NCBI GenBank assembly: GCA_049724395.1
Contig: JAUGWO010000082.1
Coordinates: 186,001 to 250,000 of the forward strand
Length of the DNA stretch: 64,000 nt
Direction: 5' to 3'
From: Spongospora subterranea f. sp. subterranea
Taxonomy: Eukaryota
In this document: piece after piece, positions 49,240 to 62,871 of the stretch
Numbering within the stretch: position 1 is the first letter of the stretch
How the letters are laid out: each line of letters starts with the position of its first letter
The notes under the pieces: generated by a model
Seen by the model: only the letters and a program-made list of their open reading frames with translations
What the model was told of the DNA's origin: nothing
The model's database searches: none
Position numbers and translations under genes: made by a program

Positions 49240-50450
49240 ATGGGATTGACGGCGTCAACGACCTCTGTTGCTGGACAATCTATGACCAGCGAGAATGTTC
49301 ATGTGAAATCGGCATGCACGGGGGAAGCTGGCGCAGAGGCAACGGTTCCAGAGGAAGAATTACAGATTGTCAGGGATGCCTTGTTTCCACATGATCTACG
49401 TGTACAGCGAACGTTAGGCGCTGGATCGTTTGGCAGCGTTCACGCTGCATACTGTGACCAAACACAGAACGACGTTGCTGTCAAAGTGATCGATTTCTCC
49501 CCAGATGATCTTGAAGAAGATCGACGTGCGTTTCGACTAGAAGTATCGGCAATGAAAGCATTAGGCGACAGCGATTTTATAGTGAGCCACGAGAGGAGCT
49601 GGATGAACGCAGATAAAAGCGGCGGGTACATCGTGATGGAGCTAGTAGATGGACAAGACCTTGAGGAGTATTTGGACCAGTACGGGCATCGAATAGGGCA
49701 GACTGACGCCAAGCGCATCGGATTACGAATTGCCAAAGCGGTCAGTGATTCAATTTTGTATCCTCATTGCGCAGACGAGCTGATCGTTGCTTCCGTGTTT
49801 AGCTACGAGACATGCACCGAGCAGGATGGGTTCATCGTGACGTCAAATGCGGAAACGTTCTGATGTTTACAGAATCGTTATCGGATGATAACGGCGATAT
49901 TTTTTCGGCGGTGAAACTGGCTGATTTAGGTCTGGTAGCAACAGTGGGCAGCAAAGTAGAACAGGTTGCCGGGACGCTAGATTTCATGCCGAACAATTTG
50001 GTATCGTCATGGGAGCATGAGACCAAACCACCTCCACCGAGACCTAGCGATGATATGTTCGCGTTCGCTTGTGTAATGATGGAGGTCATGGGGGCGGGTT
50101 ATGTTCTCGATCATTGGAACAAGACGCGTCGTCGCCGCATTAAAGACGGCAAGTCGGTGGAAAGATTGCGGTTTCCCGAAGACATCGCCGAAAAATTTCA
50201 TATTCGGCTCATTGATGCGTTGGAAGCGTGCTGGGACGATGACCGGCGCAAGCGACCCACGGCTGTAGAGATGGTGTCACTATTAGAGGAGCTTATAGAG
50301 CAGCAGAGTGATACCAAGAGTCAAGCATCGATATTGACAGATGCCGATGACGACAACGAGGAAGATGACTCAACCAGTATCGATATTGCTGACCAAAATG
50401 AAGCTGGTTGCATTGCAGAACGGTTAAAAAAGCGTCGCCGGCATGATTAG
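49240..50450 (+). CDS. Ser/Thr protein kinase (one intron, 49741-49802)
   Basis: LGAGSFGSV, VAVKVI, YIVMELVDG, VHRDVKCGNVL, VKLADLG, AGTLDFM, DDMFAFAC, CWDDDRRKRPTA. Confidence 0.92.
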
Positions 50451-50781
50451 GATAAACTACAATAAAACCAGACTCGTTGTTGGATCTGATATCAAGAAAC
50501 GTGTTATGTTTCATTATTGTTCATTCTAAAATATTAAAAAAAAAGCTTCAGAAAATCTAAAACATTCAAAACACATCTATGTTATCTAAACACGCCACTG
50601 CGATAATTTCGACGCGGACAGTATACTGGCGACGAATTTCAAACGAAGTGAATATTCAGCATGTTAAGTGCAAGGCAGATACTGTATGACAGACTTTGAA
50701 AGAGCAAACAATGGTCGCACGCAACGGATGTATGAAGAATGCGTAAGCAGAAAAATGAATCTTGACGAGCATTTACAACGA

Positions 50782-53463
50782 CTATTGCATTCCAAACATG
50801 GGTCGAGCATAAGCCATAGGTTTCATAGGTGGATGAGGCTGCACGAACAGATTCAGTATTGACGAACGAAGACCAATCAACGCGAAATAACCGATGATGA
50901 ACTCACACAGATGAAAGTTTTGACTTGAACAGTAAATGTCAAAAATGATATGATCAATATTAATTACGTACAACTGCAGTGAAACTAATATATGTGGGCT
51001 CTAGACGATGGTTAAATTTGATGAACGCGCCCTTGTTATCGAGTTGATCACAGTCTAAGACAAGCACAACAATCAGAATCCTGACCAAGATTCAATCAAA
51101 CAGGTGCGCGATTGCAAAAATGGTAAAATTCTCAAGGTTAGGACCATCGCATATCACTAACAGTTGGGGGCGGAAAAAACCGTCACGAGGCGACCATCGC
51201 ATTCAACTTCGTATCCTTCATCTTTGACTTCATGAGATCTCACCAACATTTTGAGATTATTGGAGTCCAAAAACGCGCGCGTGACATCCGGGCCAAACGA
51301 CAATCCAATCCCGCGCTTAGAGGCCGCCCGACCTGGCAATGGTTGCGGATCGCTCCATAATATTTCGCACATCAGCCCCGAATCTGGAGGCTGTTGATCA
51401 CGGTTGATGGCGCGAATATCTGCCAGCGTCACTCCGTCTTTACTGAATAGACCTCCATGAACTACCAGAACCTGGGAAAAATAAACATAGTCACTACTGC
51501 ACCCGACATATAGAACTTAACAAAAAACGGTAACACTCAGATCTCCCATTCACTCAGATCTCTTATTGAATAATGTTGAAATACGAACGAAGTCGCGAAA
51601 ATATGTACATTGGGTTCTTGCGGGTGACCCGTTATTAACGTAGCTAGCGGTATCAGACAGAACACCTCACAAAAAAGATCATATAGGTTCGTATCATATT
51701 TGTGAAGAATCTCGCCTTGAAATCCTTAGACGAAACAAAGAATTAGCATATGTGATGAGGATAAATCCGCTGATTTCGATCAATTGAAAGAATATAGTTT
51801 AAGAACAGCAAGAGATAGTGCAGAGAAATGATGCTAGCAGAAAGAAAGCATACCGTAGATTGAGTTCATTGTGCGAGATTCGTGGTTTCCTCTAGTCAGG
51901 GTGATGATAGAGTCATCGAATAGCTTGAGAGCGAATAAAGTGAATATGCATTCAGCCGAAAACGACCCCCGATCTACTCGATGAAGTGCCAAGTTAGTAA
52001 AAAACCACGGGAAACGTATGAATTTGAAAAAAAAAACATGGGAAATCATAGAACAGTACGCTAAAAGCAAGATAATTCTAGAAAACGACAATTACCAACG
52101 AAATCTCCATTGAATAGGTAACGATTGTTTTTCGCTGGAAGGCCGTTGATATCGAAAATGTTCATCAGGTCATAATATTGACCATGAATATCGCCGCAAA
52201 CATTGATGACCTCTTCCGGTTCAACATACAGATCAACCATAGTTGGCGTACTGTACGAAAGCAAGTTATTAGTGATCAACAGCTACGAATAATCAAAGAA
52301 AAGTAACAATATTGAAAAAGCATTCCAAAAAGATGTTCATATGATTTCCATAACAAACAGGGTTAAAACTAAACCTTCATCGCCGAAACCAGCATACTTC
52401 CTGAAGCGTTCAATCATTTCAAGCACAATTCGCGCAGCATAGCGCTTCGGGATCGTCTGCTGCGCTTTGAATCTTTGCAGCATGGCCGTAATAAATTCCA
52501 TGGTGATTCCAGATTCAGGAAACTCCGGGCCTAGCAAAACAATATGTAAATGAAACCCATTTCCAAACGTCCAAAAGCAAACAGCTCGCAGACGACTGCA
52601 TTAAATCACGCCGGAAAAACACAAAAAAAAACAACGAATATATGAAATTACCCTGATATGAAGATGGTAGTGGGATATTCCTCCAATCCATAACCTGAGA
52701 GGGGAGCTTTCCGCGTTCCGATTCAATTGCTTTGCTGAACGCAGCTTCCGTTGCCGCTTTTTTACATCTGCTCACCATGGTTAATTGCAATGATGGCGAA
52801 TGGGTTTTGCAAGGCGGATGATCACTCTCGATATTTCGCCAAGGCCTGAGCGTTGTTTGGGTATATTTTGCACACCTTCTCGAAATCTTTCACTGCATTA
52901 CGATATTTGCCCATGCCAATATGAGCTGCACCTCGTCGATAATATCTGTATCAATACAAGCAGGAGTCAGCAATTGACCCACCGAGATAGAAGGAAACAA
53001 TTTGTTGAACGTAGAACGGATGAATCACGATGACCTCGCAATAGAATGTAGACATATACAATGAAAACTACTTACGCCTTTATGAATCGTGGGTCTAGCT
53101 GAAGTGCCTTGGTCGAGTCGGCAACTGCCAAGCCGAAATTCTCCAGGCGAATATGGCAAAAAGCACGATTTGAGTAATAAATAGGTGATGAAGTATTGGC
53201 TTCTATTGCATTAGAATAACTGACTAATGCGGCGCTATATCTGTGGTCTAACCAATAGCTCAGCGAACCGCCAGAGCAGCGCACGACCTGTTTCTACCGC
53301 GGAATTCCTCATTGCCCTGGTCTTTATACATTTCAGCGAGCTGGTTGGCGTCATGGTCGACACTGCTCACGGCCCCTTCTGGGAGCTCGGACGCTCCCTT
53401 GGAGTTACTATTGTCGGAGCGGTTCGTCTCGGCATCGTCCATCTCGACTTCTGGACGAGACAT
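50782..53463 (-). CDS. PPP5C: Serine/threonine protein phosphatase 5 (TPR + PPP domain, multi-exon)
   Basis: TPR segments [39 protein letters not shown]; catalytic GDIHGQ, NGDFVDRG, RGNHE, VHGG, EILWSDP, RSHE, FSAPNYCD; ends [11 protein letters not shown]. Confidence 0.96.
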
Positions 53464-53587
53464 TTCTGATACTAAAACTCCTTAGGCGGCCTTCCATCCC
53501 TGAACTGTGCCACCTATTTATAGTCTTCACTGTACACTTCTCGGACTCTGTATCTATGGTTGGCCCGCACAATCATGTGACTCTGGT

Positions 53588-55962
53588 TAGGGGTGGGCAC
53601 AAGTCGGTCAATGGTTAACCGGTCCCAAAAAAACACCGGACCGGTTAACCAGTTAATTAACCGGTTAACCAACCAGTTAACCGGTTAATTTAAAATTTAA
53701 CGACAAACTCCATAAATATATTTATTTAATCAAACTTGCCGATCAAACGGTTCCACGACCGTAATTTCATCATCACCGTTATGTTCTCGTCAGATAACAT
53801 TGTGCGATCGGCACTAACAAAATCACCAGAATCAGAGAAGGCTGATTCCGAAGCGACAGACGACCCCATTATCATCAGAGTATCACGAGCCAGAAGGCTT
53901 AGCTTCGGGAAGCGCCCAGTCTGCTGCTTCCACCACGCGACTGGACATTTACACGACTTATCGGCCTTCAAAGTCATGAAGCAGAAGTCTTCCACTTCAT
54001 CCGTGACAACGTCCTGCTGTGGGTCCGACAGGGAAGCAAACAGATTGAATGCTGTTGAGTCCATGTCCTCCTGCTGAACAGGCAAATAACCATAATCAGT
54101 AGCTAAGATTTCTCGGATTAATCGCTTCGTTTCCTCAGACGCATCAGAGCTGCTTCGTCTTGGATCCAAGAACAAAGCGATGGTAGCCGTGTTGTTGTTC
54201 AGGTTCCCGGAATACTTCTCAAGCTTGTATAGCATCGCCTCTGCCGCAGCTTTAACTTTGGGGGTTGTGAACCCTGTAGTTGTAGTGCCTGAAATGGTAG
54301 ACTCACATAGGCTTTTTAGATGCGAGTAGATCAATGGCTGCATGGCAAGCGTGACGAAATTTTGACCACTTGCAGCCTTTGTGCACTGATACGCCGAAGA
54401 CAGGAAATCTTTGCAGGATTTGAGAATGCGCCAATCCATGTCTGACAATTTCAACGGCCCAAGCTTGTCCAGGAACTCCTCTTGATTGCAGATAGCCTCC
54501 AAAATGTCTTTATTCTTGAAGGAATCTTCAACCATCAAGAACATAGAGTTCCATCTAGTTTCGACATCTAGATTCGGCACAACTTGCTTTGTTGCCCGAC
54601 CAAGCACTACACTGAGATCAGCATATTTTTGACGGATCATCCCTGAACCTCGAACCATCTTCAGCAAATCTCGGAGCAATGAAACCTCACGTTTGATTAG
54701 CGCAGTCGCGTCAACAACAGCTCGGTTTATCACATGGCAAACACAGCGCATATGAAAGTCGATTGTACTGCAGAAATTTAACGCCAACTCACGCTGGAGA
54801 TAGGAGTGAACAAGTTTGATGGCTGGAACCATCTCGCCACCACTATCCGACGTGATCGCGCGAACTTTTGTATGGATATTAAATTCCTTCAAAATCGTGA
54901 TTATCAAGTCACTTGTGGTATGCTGGTTATGAGGACGAGGAAAATATTTAAATTCCAATACAGCATTTTTCAAGCACCATCTTTCGTCTATCCAGTGCAT
55001 TGTGATAACCAAATACCCCTTCATGACTCTTGAAGACCATCCATCTAACGTGAGTGCTACTTGGCCAGGAATGCGCTCGATATGTAACAAAAAGCTTTGC
55101 AGGGCTTCTGCATATTCGTCATGCAAGGACCTCACGAAAGTACGACGGCTAGGCAAGATAAATCTGCGGTTCATTTTGCTGCAGAAGATTGCAAACGACT
55201 TGGACTCAACCAAACGGAAGGGTTGCTTGTTATCAACAACAAACTCCACCAAAGATTTCAGCAGTTCCGCCTTCTTTTCATCATCCATCGCCAGAGGATC
55301 CACCACATTACCAGTTACATCCAGAGTACTCTGGTTGGGATCTCCTGTTTTGCCATCTTGCTTGAGTTTGTGGGCGACCTCAAGATGACGTTTAAACGAG
55401 CTATTTCCGGTTCTGATAGAATAGATCTTTCGCTTTTTGCTGGAACACTGAGAGCAGATGATGCCAGTATCGCGTTTTTCAAAATAATTCCAAATCCAAG
55501 AAGAGTTGGCAGATAATTTGCGCTTACGACCACAGTTGGTAACCTTTGAAGTTACTGTTTGCGATGGAACAGTAATAGCACCATCAGTGGGCAAAGTCTC
55601 CAAATCTGAATTGGAAGAACAGCTACTACGATCGAGGGAATAGGAATCACTCATTATTGAAGCAAGGCAGTTGAAAGATATACAGTAGACAAAATTAATT
55701 GAAAAATGGTGTGTATTGACTAGTGATTGCCGATTGCTAATTGCGAGGTCAGAAAAATGCCGTACGAAAGTTTTAACAATATTAGGGGTGACCTACATAG
55801 TCTGAATAAGGCGTTGGGTTCAGAAAATCCAACTTCTATTTTTGCAAGATTTGACCGGTTAACCGGGCGGTTAACCGGTTACAAAAAAAGCGTTAACCGG
55901 TTAACCGGGACCGTAGGTTAACCGGTTAACTCCGGACTTTAACCGAAATGTGCCCACCCCTA
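53588..55962 (-). mobile_element. Complete hAT DNA transposon (2375 bp) with TIRs and 8-bp TSD
   Basis: TIR TAGGGGTGGGCACA (14 bp perfect; 21 bp with 2 mismatches) at both ends; TSD ACTCTGGT at 53580-53587 and 55963-55970; subterminal GGTTAACC arrays. Confidence 0.97.
53726..55654 (-). CDS. hAT transposase, 642 aa, intronless
   Basis: BED finger (WNYF..CSQC..HLEVAH), LTLDGWS, ITSDSG, RCVCHVIN, DVETRWNS, FLDPR, WWKQQTGRFPKLSLLARD, SVASESAFS. Confidence 0.96.
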   Translation of the reverse strand: MSDSYSLDRSSCSSNSDLETLPTDGAITVPSQTVTSKVTNCGRKRKLSANSSWIWNYFEKRDTGIICSQCSSKKRKIYSIRTGNSSFKRHLEVAHKLKQDGKTGDPNQSTLDVTGNVVDPLAMDDEKKAELLKSLVEFVVDNKQPFRLVESKSFAIFCSKMNRRFILPSRRTFVRSLHDEYAEALQSFLLHIERIPGQVALTLDGWSSRVMKGYLVITMHWIDERWCLKNAVLEFKYFPRPHNQHTTSDLIITILKEFNIHTKVRAITSDSGGEMVPAIKLVHSYLQRELALNFCSTIDFHMRCVCHVINRAVVDATALIKREVSLLRDLLKMVRGSGMIRQKYADLSVVLGRATKQVVPNLDVETRWNSMFLMVEDSFKNKDILEAICNQEEFLDKLGPLKLSDMDWRILKSCKDFLSSAYQCTKAASGQNFVTLAMQPLIYSHLKSLCESTISGTTTTGFTTPKVKAAAEAMLYKLEKYSGNLNNNTATIALFLDPRRSSSDASEETKRLIREILATDYGYLPVQQEDMDSTAFNLFASLSDPQQDVVTDEVEDFCFMTLKADKSCKCPVAWWKQQTGRFPKLSLLARDTLMIMGSSVASESAFSDSGDFVSADRTMLSDENITVMMKLRSWNRLIGKFD

Positions 55963-57669
55963 ACTCTGGTCACGGTTGCAGCACGCAGAAACGTTTTTCG
56001 CCTGAAGCAATTTTGACACAGACAAAATTGGCTGAGGATCCTCTGCCAGATGTACGTCAATTACTGATGAATAATTAGAGTATTTATATTCATAAAACGT
56101 TGCTCGTAATTTGACAATTCGCTGTATACAGTACGTACATTATTAGCCGCGTTTACCGCAGCCTCCAGAAAAAAAAATAAATTTGATTACACATCCACAA
56201 TGTTACAACTGCTTTGCCTTGTTCGCCTATTTGGCCATTTTGCGTCTGGCAAAAAAAGTTTTCTGGTGAACAGACCAGTTGGACTGGGTTTCGAACTCTC
56301 TTGGCCAAGTTTTGAGCATTTGAGAATTGGTTGCGGCGATGACCAAACCTGGCACACGTCGATGTGAGCGGAATTGTACTGCGCCTGCTTTCCAGGTAAT
56401 TGCGGACTGATTGTTGATCGATGTAGCTCTGTGGCGATACCATCGCAGAAGAATGGTCGCGTTAATGTATAGAGTGCTTGCCCAATATCTCTTGTCGAAA
56501 AGTCGATAAGGAATGTGTAGAACACCCGAAGCCAATGGAAGATCATCTCAACACATACACTGAAAATGTGATGACAAGATGATTTGACTTGACACATTTG
56601 GACTTGATTTCCGTTTGTCTGGAGAGATTCTGGAATAGTCAAAAAGGCAACAGCTTTTCATCATGTGGAACTTCGTGTTGTCGAGTACCGCATCGTGATA
56701 GTGATTAACTCCCGAGGATGACTTAGCCGATGCCGTTGTGTCATGTCGCCGTTGAGGACCATTTCATCAGACGTAGGAAGTTGGGGTGACACTCGCTGCT
56801 CAAATTTTCATCTTCAGAAATACGACGAAGCGAATGGGCATTTAACAATGGCTCGGTGTCCACCGAACATGCACGCATGGAGATCTGCTCGCATCAGACT
56901 GTTAATACGTTAGCTAATGCTTGCTTCATAATTCCAAACATTCTCGACGCACACATTCGCTAAATCCTCACGAATAAGGATCATTCTTACCCGGGCCGGT
57001 CCGCATCGGTTAATCTAAAAAACCGACAAAGAGTAGAAACGCTACCTGATCCTATTCTTCCCATGATCCTCAAAATTATCCATGGACAACTCAAGCCAAT
57101 ACCCGAGGTAGCAATGTTTCTTTTTTCGTAGGAATTAAATGTTTCAATGCATCCTTTGGATATATTCGAGAGTGAGAAGATGGCTAATATATTGTTATTC
57201 TTCAAAATGTCGGTTCTCTTCAATATTCAGCTGTTTAAGCTATCTGGATGCGGGCTAAATTATCAAGCCGATCAATGAGCCTGCTCGGCTGCATGCAATG
57301 TGTAAAACGGCGGTTTAGGTTTGCTACAGGTGAACCTCGATATCATGTGATTTATGGCTTGGACACTATCAACATATCACTCCTTTTTATATTTTGCTCT
57401 GAGTTCATCAGCAAACAATTTCGTGGTATGTTTGATGTCGTGACTCGTGAAATCAGAAATCAGTCTCTGACCGACTATCTAACTCTGGCGGCGTTATTGA
57501 TCCAACCACGATCATCATGCATCAGACTTCATCGTCATTACCATGTTTGAAAAATCCCACCGGTGGTTGCCCCCGAAATATCTAATCCGGTTTTGAAAAT
57601 CTTGGTGCTTCCTCATGTTAGGCAGCACGCGCGCGAACTGCCTCGTCTTTTTACAAGAAATATCCAACG

Positions 57670-60600
57670 ATGCCCTTATTTTCCGGTTTACAATTGGTTT
57701 TTGTTATTATTTTGTGCGTATTTCTGGAGGTTGATGGGAACCTTGGAGCCGCAATTGCCAATTTGCAATCACAGCCCAGATTATTACGAAGCCCTGGGGC
57801 AAGGCGTCTGCTATCATCGGATGATGACGTATGCACCGAGAGCAAATGCGTTTGGAACATTGAGTCTCCTCAGCCCACGACGATCGACGCATTGGCCTTT
57901 TGCATCTATCCGGCTAAGGTACGTTTCTCAGGAACAAAACACTGGCTCCCGTGGATTAACGATATTCGTGTAGATCCGAAACTTTATCGGATCGTTGTCA
58001 TGGGACGCGATCGCCGACCTTCATGATATGACTTTAGCGATGAACCGCTGTCCAGAACTGCTGATATGGATGCCACACCCTAATTCGAAAAACGGTCTCG
58101 CCAGTGATGACGATTTCTACGACTCTATGACGGCGGTTTTCGACGCGGACGGTAACGTGAGGAGTGATGGGCGACCCCCTTCATGTATCATAATCACACA
58201 TGATTCGTCATGCTCAAAAAGAACATTCGACAATTGGAAGACGATTCTTGTGAACGCTGGTGTTGAGACACGGGGATTGATATGGTCTAGTGCTGTCGGG
58301 AACAAGGTTCGGGTCTGCGTCAGCGACGCCGTTGCGGTTCAAGATCGGCGCAACGCTGTGTCGACGCTTGTAAAAGAGAAATGTGTGCTCTGGATCGGCC
58401 GAGAGTATTCCCCGGGGATATTGAATCACCAGGCTGCCGGATTGACGCAATCAAGTGCTCGGGCGATGTTTGGCCTACAGGCGATTGAATCCAGGCCAAT
58501 ATGGGAAAAAGGAATCCGCGGTCAAGGACAAACCGTCATTGTTGCAGACTCCGGCTGTGACATCGACTCGTGTTTATTCAGTGAGGCAAATGGCAGCGAA
58601 ATGAGCGATGGAATTTATTATCGGAATCGCTCTAAAGTCGTCATGTTCATCAAGGACAACGCTAATGGCGTGATGGGCGATAATGATGAGTCCGGCCATG
58701 GTACCCACGTCGTGAGTTTGATTCTAGTTAGGAAGAATCATTTTTCTGAGCCTTTTGTTTCTTCAGGCTGGAACTGTCGCTGGAAGTTCCAAAACTGCTC
58801 CTTCGACATTGAATGCATATGAAGGAATGGCGCCAGATGCCCAACTAATAATATACGAGTTGTTTTTCAAGGTAATCACAGGTTTATATCGTTGTGCTTC
58901 AAATTGATAGTGCGCGTGTTTGCAGGAAGGAATGGACGTCAACAAATTTACCAATACAATTGCTAGTGCCAGCAATTTGGTCAAAGAGCATGAAGGAACA
59001 CAGAAAGCTGGAATATCTTGCAATTCCTGGGGAAGCAACGCAGACTCTAGGTTGGTATTTTCCCCTCTTCAGACTAATGTTGAAAGTTTGTTAGCTATAG
59101 TTCATACTTTTCGTCCACAATCGACAATGCTGCATATCTAAATCCTTATCATCTTTTCGTATTCGCAGCTGGGAATTCTGGTTCAAATGGAATGATGTCT
59201 CTCACAACCCAAGCATGTAAGTCTCAAAACAACTGTATTCAAACTTGCTGAAATTCTTCCAGCTGCAAAAAACGTTATCGCTGTTGGCGCGGCAACATCG
59301 ACAAGCTCGTATTATTCGTCAGGTGAAACAAGTTTGCATATTTTCAAATCACCGTTAATCAAACGAGAAGGCAGACGCTCCACAAAACCGTCCGGATTTG
59401 GTATCTAGTTTTTCTTCTCGCGGACCCTCTGGAGGATATAATGCTCAAGACCGATCACGTAACTTTTTCGTTGGTGTACTGCTTTAACTTGCTTACATGG
59501 GTAACAGATATGCAGCGAATAAAGCCGGTACAAATCAGAGTTTTGTTCATATAGAACTAGCTCACGTCCTCTAGGAAGTGTTGGCTCCTGGCGAATTGAT
59601 ACATTCTGCAACAAGCGATCAGAATCTTGCTACTCATCAGTGCCCTGCAGTGCAAGATTTAGTAGTCAAGTCTGGGACTTCGATGGCAGCTCCTGTAATT
59701 GCTGGGTCTGCTGCGCTAATTCGGCAGTACTTTATGGATGTATAACGACAAATATTTCATTTACTTCTACATTTGAAATAATTTCACTCAGGGCTGGTAT
59801 CCTAGTGGGGTGAGAAACACGACGTGCAGGTTTACACCAACTTCTGCGCTCCTCAAAGCAATGTTGGTCAACAGCGGGCGCCCTTTATTGGGTGCTGTCA
59901 CTGCAAATAGTAAGATAACCAGATTGATTTTTTCCCAACAGTGCTAATGAATTTAGGACAAGATAGGAGCGACAGGATCTCAACAATTCCATCATTTACT
60001 CAAGGGTTTGGGCACGTTGCTTTGGATCAAGTGTTAACGTTCCAAAAAAACGAATTGTATATTGATGACACATCCACCCTTTTTCATGGGGAACACAAGT
60101 CCTATTGTTTCCAACGTGAAGATGCATCTGTCGCGATGAAAGTTACTTTAGGTTGGTTCTCATGTCTTTCAACAGGTCAAATACTTCTCAAAAAAATTCA
60201 GTCTGGACGGATCCCGCTCCTGTAGCTGGTGTAGGCAACGTTCTCGTCAACAATCTGGATTTGACGGTAGTCGAAGTCTCATCCATAAAAGACATTAGTC
60301 TCGGAGAATTTCGAATGATTAAGGGAAACAGTGAAATAGATGGCGAGCTTCAGGACCACTGGGATGTTTATAACAACGTTGAACAAGTATAATAATCAAA
60401 CTTTTATCTTACAGTACTCCGCTAATCACGAGTATTTATGCCAAAGGTCTCCATTCCTAGTGAAACTTCGAAGCAGCCACGGTGGGCAGTTTTTGTGCAC
60501 GCAACTCAAATTCCACAAAACAGCAAGCAGCCATTTTCGCTTGTCGTGACTGGAGGAATATTTACAATAGTCGAAAACCGGTTATGCCAAATCGACGATA

Positions 60601-62671
60601 ACGTTGATGCTGTAATGGTTACGCCCAAAGCTGTGTATCCCGTACTCGCTCAGCCGGAAACAATACTGCTCAACGATATCGGCGATGGACTATGCCGAAA
60701 TTCCACATTCGGCTCAATGTCCCATGGAGTTCCGGTTTTTTTCACAATTAATTACGTGAATACCATGAACAAATCAACAAACAGCAAGGTACTGCAAAAA
60801 AAACATCATCGTCCCATATAATGACGACTATGCGGGTATCAGGCGACCTCTGTTTTGGTATCGATTTCCAGGATGCCCGACGAAGTATGATTATATATCC
60901 AGCTCAGTTCGGCGGTACTGATGATATTTATAGGATGATGTGTCCACGAACCTAGAGACCTGTTTATTTCAAACGACTTATCCACGATTGTCAAGCAACC
61001 TGTTGACAAAGATGTCACACCGGACTGTGTTTCATGCAATCTTGCGAGGAGTGCTGTGTTGGTCCCTTTATCAGGCGGAAACCAAACGCTTTATATCGGG
61101 GTATTTTTGATAAAGGGAAGACCTGACCCAAAGTTCAATGTTGACGTTCAAGTCATTTATGATCCCCAATCTTTCATTAACGCAACTTTATCAGAGAATA
61201 TAAACACCTTAATGATCCAGGTAGAAGAAAGACCGGCTTCGCTTTCTAACTTGACTCCCAACATTTTCTGTTCTAATAGGACCAAAGACCTGTAGTCATC
61301 CGACTTGAAGCATGCCATGTAAAATTGTCAGGTGATCGTTCCATTCAGTTATCATTGATCCATAATGTTTTATTGGACCATGGCAACGTTGACCTTGGAG
61401 TGTTCGTGCGCGACATGTCGCTTAACATGACTGATGCCATTCCATGGCAATGGCGGAACACAAGCCAGGGCTGTGGATATCCGGGATGCTCCATAGTCGA
61501 CCAAGGATTAGTCGCGCCCATAAAAGTCAAAAATCAATCCAGTTGCTTGTTCGAGATCCAGATCATGTCATTGAATCCTAATGCTCCTCATGCACTGCCT
61601 CCATCCGCTTTCCGTTTAGAAACAAAGCTTTTACCTGAAGCCTTTGCTGATATTGGGTCGGACGATGAATGGCTACCACCCGTATTGAACGACGCCGATC
61701 CACGCTGCCCGCCGATTCCTATGCTAGATACAAAATGCTCAATATCAGCAATCCCGATAGTCCAAGGGCCGGCTGTCTTGGATTCTGCTTTGACAAACAT
61801 TTCCATACTCGATCAAGGAACAATGAGTATTTCTGCGGCATTCACGTACTCAGGATTGATTTTCATTGGCAATGAACGCGAGAAGTCTCCTGTTAACATT
61901 TTCACAAGAGTTATTACCGAGGTCAACGTTGAACAAGCCGGGTTTCCGAGTTTGTGGATATTGCCAAATGGGCAACTTCGTGTCGATTTATCCGTTCTCA
62001 ATGGCGAAACTTGGAGGTACCACAGGTACGCTGCATCGACAAATGCTGTTTTTGCAGATTTTCATTTCAGTTTTGGCAGATGTGAAAGTGATGTAGCTAT
62101 GCCTTTGTCAAACTGGACTCCTTTCTCGGTAACTATAAGTGCAGCAGTTGGTGGTGTCACGATTTGGATGGGAGACCATCTAACTGGACAGGGATCGTCT
62201 GTTACGTGCGGAGTAGGCGACTCTGAGAAAATCGTCGCGCCGATCATGAACCGTGGTATATCCCTTGCACATAACCAGAATCAGAAGACAGCATTTTGCC
62301 TAGCGAAATTGAGATTTTACAGTATGACGCTGAACCCTTCACAATCGGCTAGCTGCACGCAACTGTTACGGGCTACTGGAGGGGACATTGGCGCTATGAA
62401 GACGTTCGGTCCGTTGCTCGATAATGTTTCGGATGGAAACCGGAAAATAGTACTGGTTGCCGTCGCTATTTTGGTCATTTTGATAGTTATCTTGAGTTTC
62501 GTTCGTCTTCTGAACATAACGCATTCGGCACGTGAAACGAAAAGATCAGCAATCAAGCAACCGAGCAGCAATATGCAAACAGACCATAAGATATCAGCTG
62601 AAGAACAACCGCTACAATCGCAAAGTATAATTACAATCTTGATGGATTCAGATATTCCTTCACGATTATGA
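57670..62671 (+). CDS. Subtilisin-like S8 serine protease (KP-43/Tag-like), with signal peptide and C-terminal transmembrane helix (multi-exon)
   Basis: Signal MPLFSGLQLVFVIILCVFLEVDG; catalytic VIVADSG, GHGTHVAGT, FAAGNSG, SGTSMAAP; SSFSSRGP, RIKPEVLAPG, QGFG, LVNNLDL, NNVEQV; TM IVLVAVAILVILIVILSFV. Confidence 0.92.
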
Positions 62672-62871
62672 TATTATTTTCTAAGAAGAAGTCTCTGCTA
62701 GATAAGTCGCAGAAAGCAATATAAAAGCCCATCGCCGCAAAAGGACGTAAGCATGGGTTACTGTTAAAGCATTTTTATAAAGATGCAACAAACTATATAC
62801 TCGAAGTGCATGGCCTATGACACAAAAACGTAATCGAGAACGTACAACTTCAGAAATTTCAAGTTTGCACT

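Noticed and set aside
56100..57550. Possible second, decayed hAT transposase (GCSTHSL resembles the CxxH motif)
   Set aside because: A single short motif with no other hAT landmarks or TIRs.
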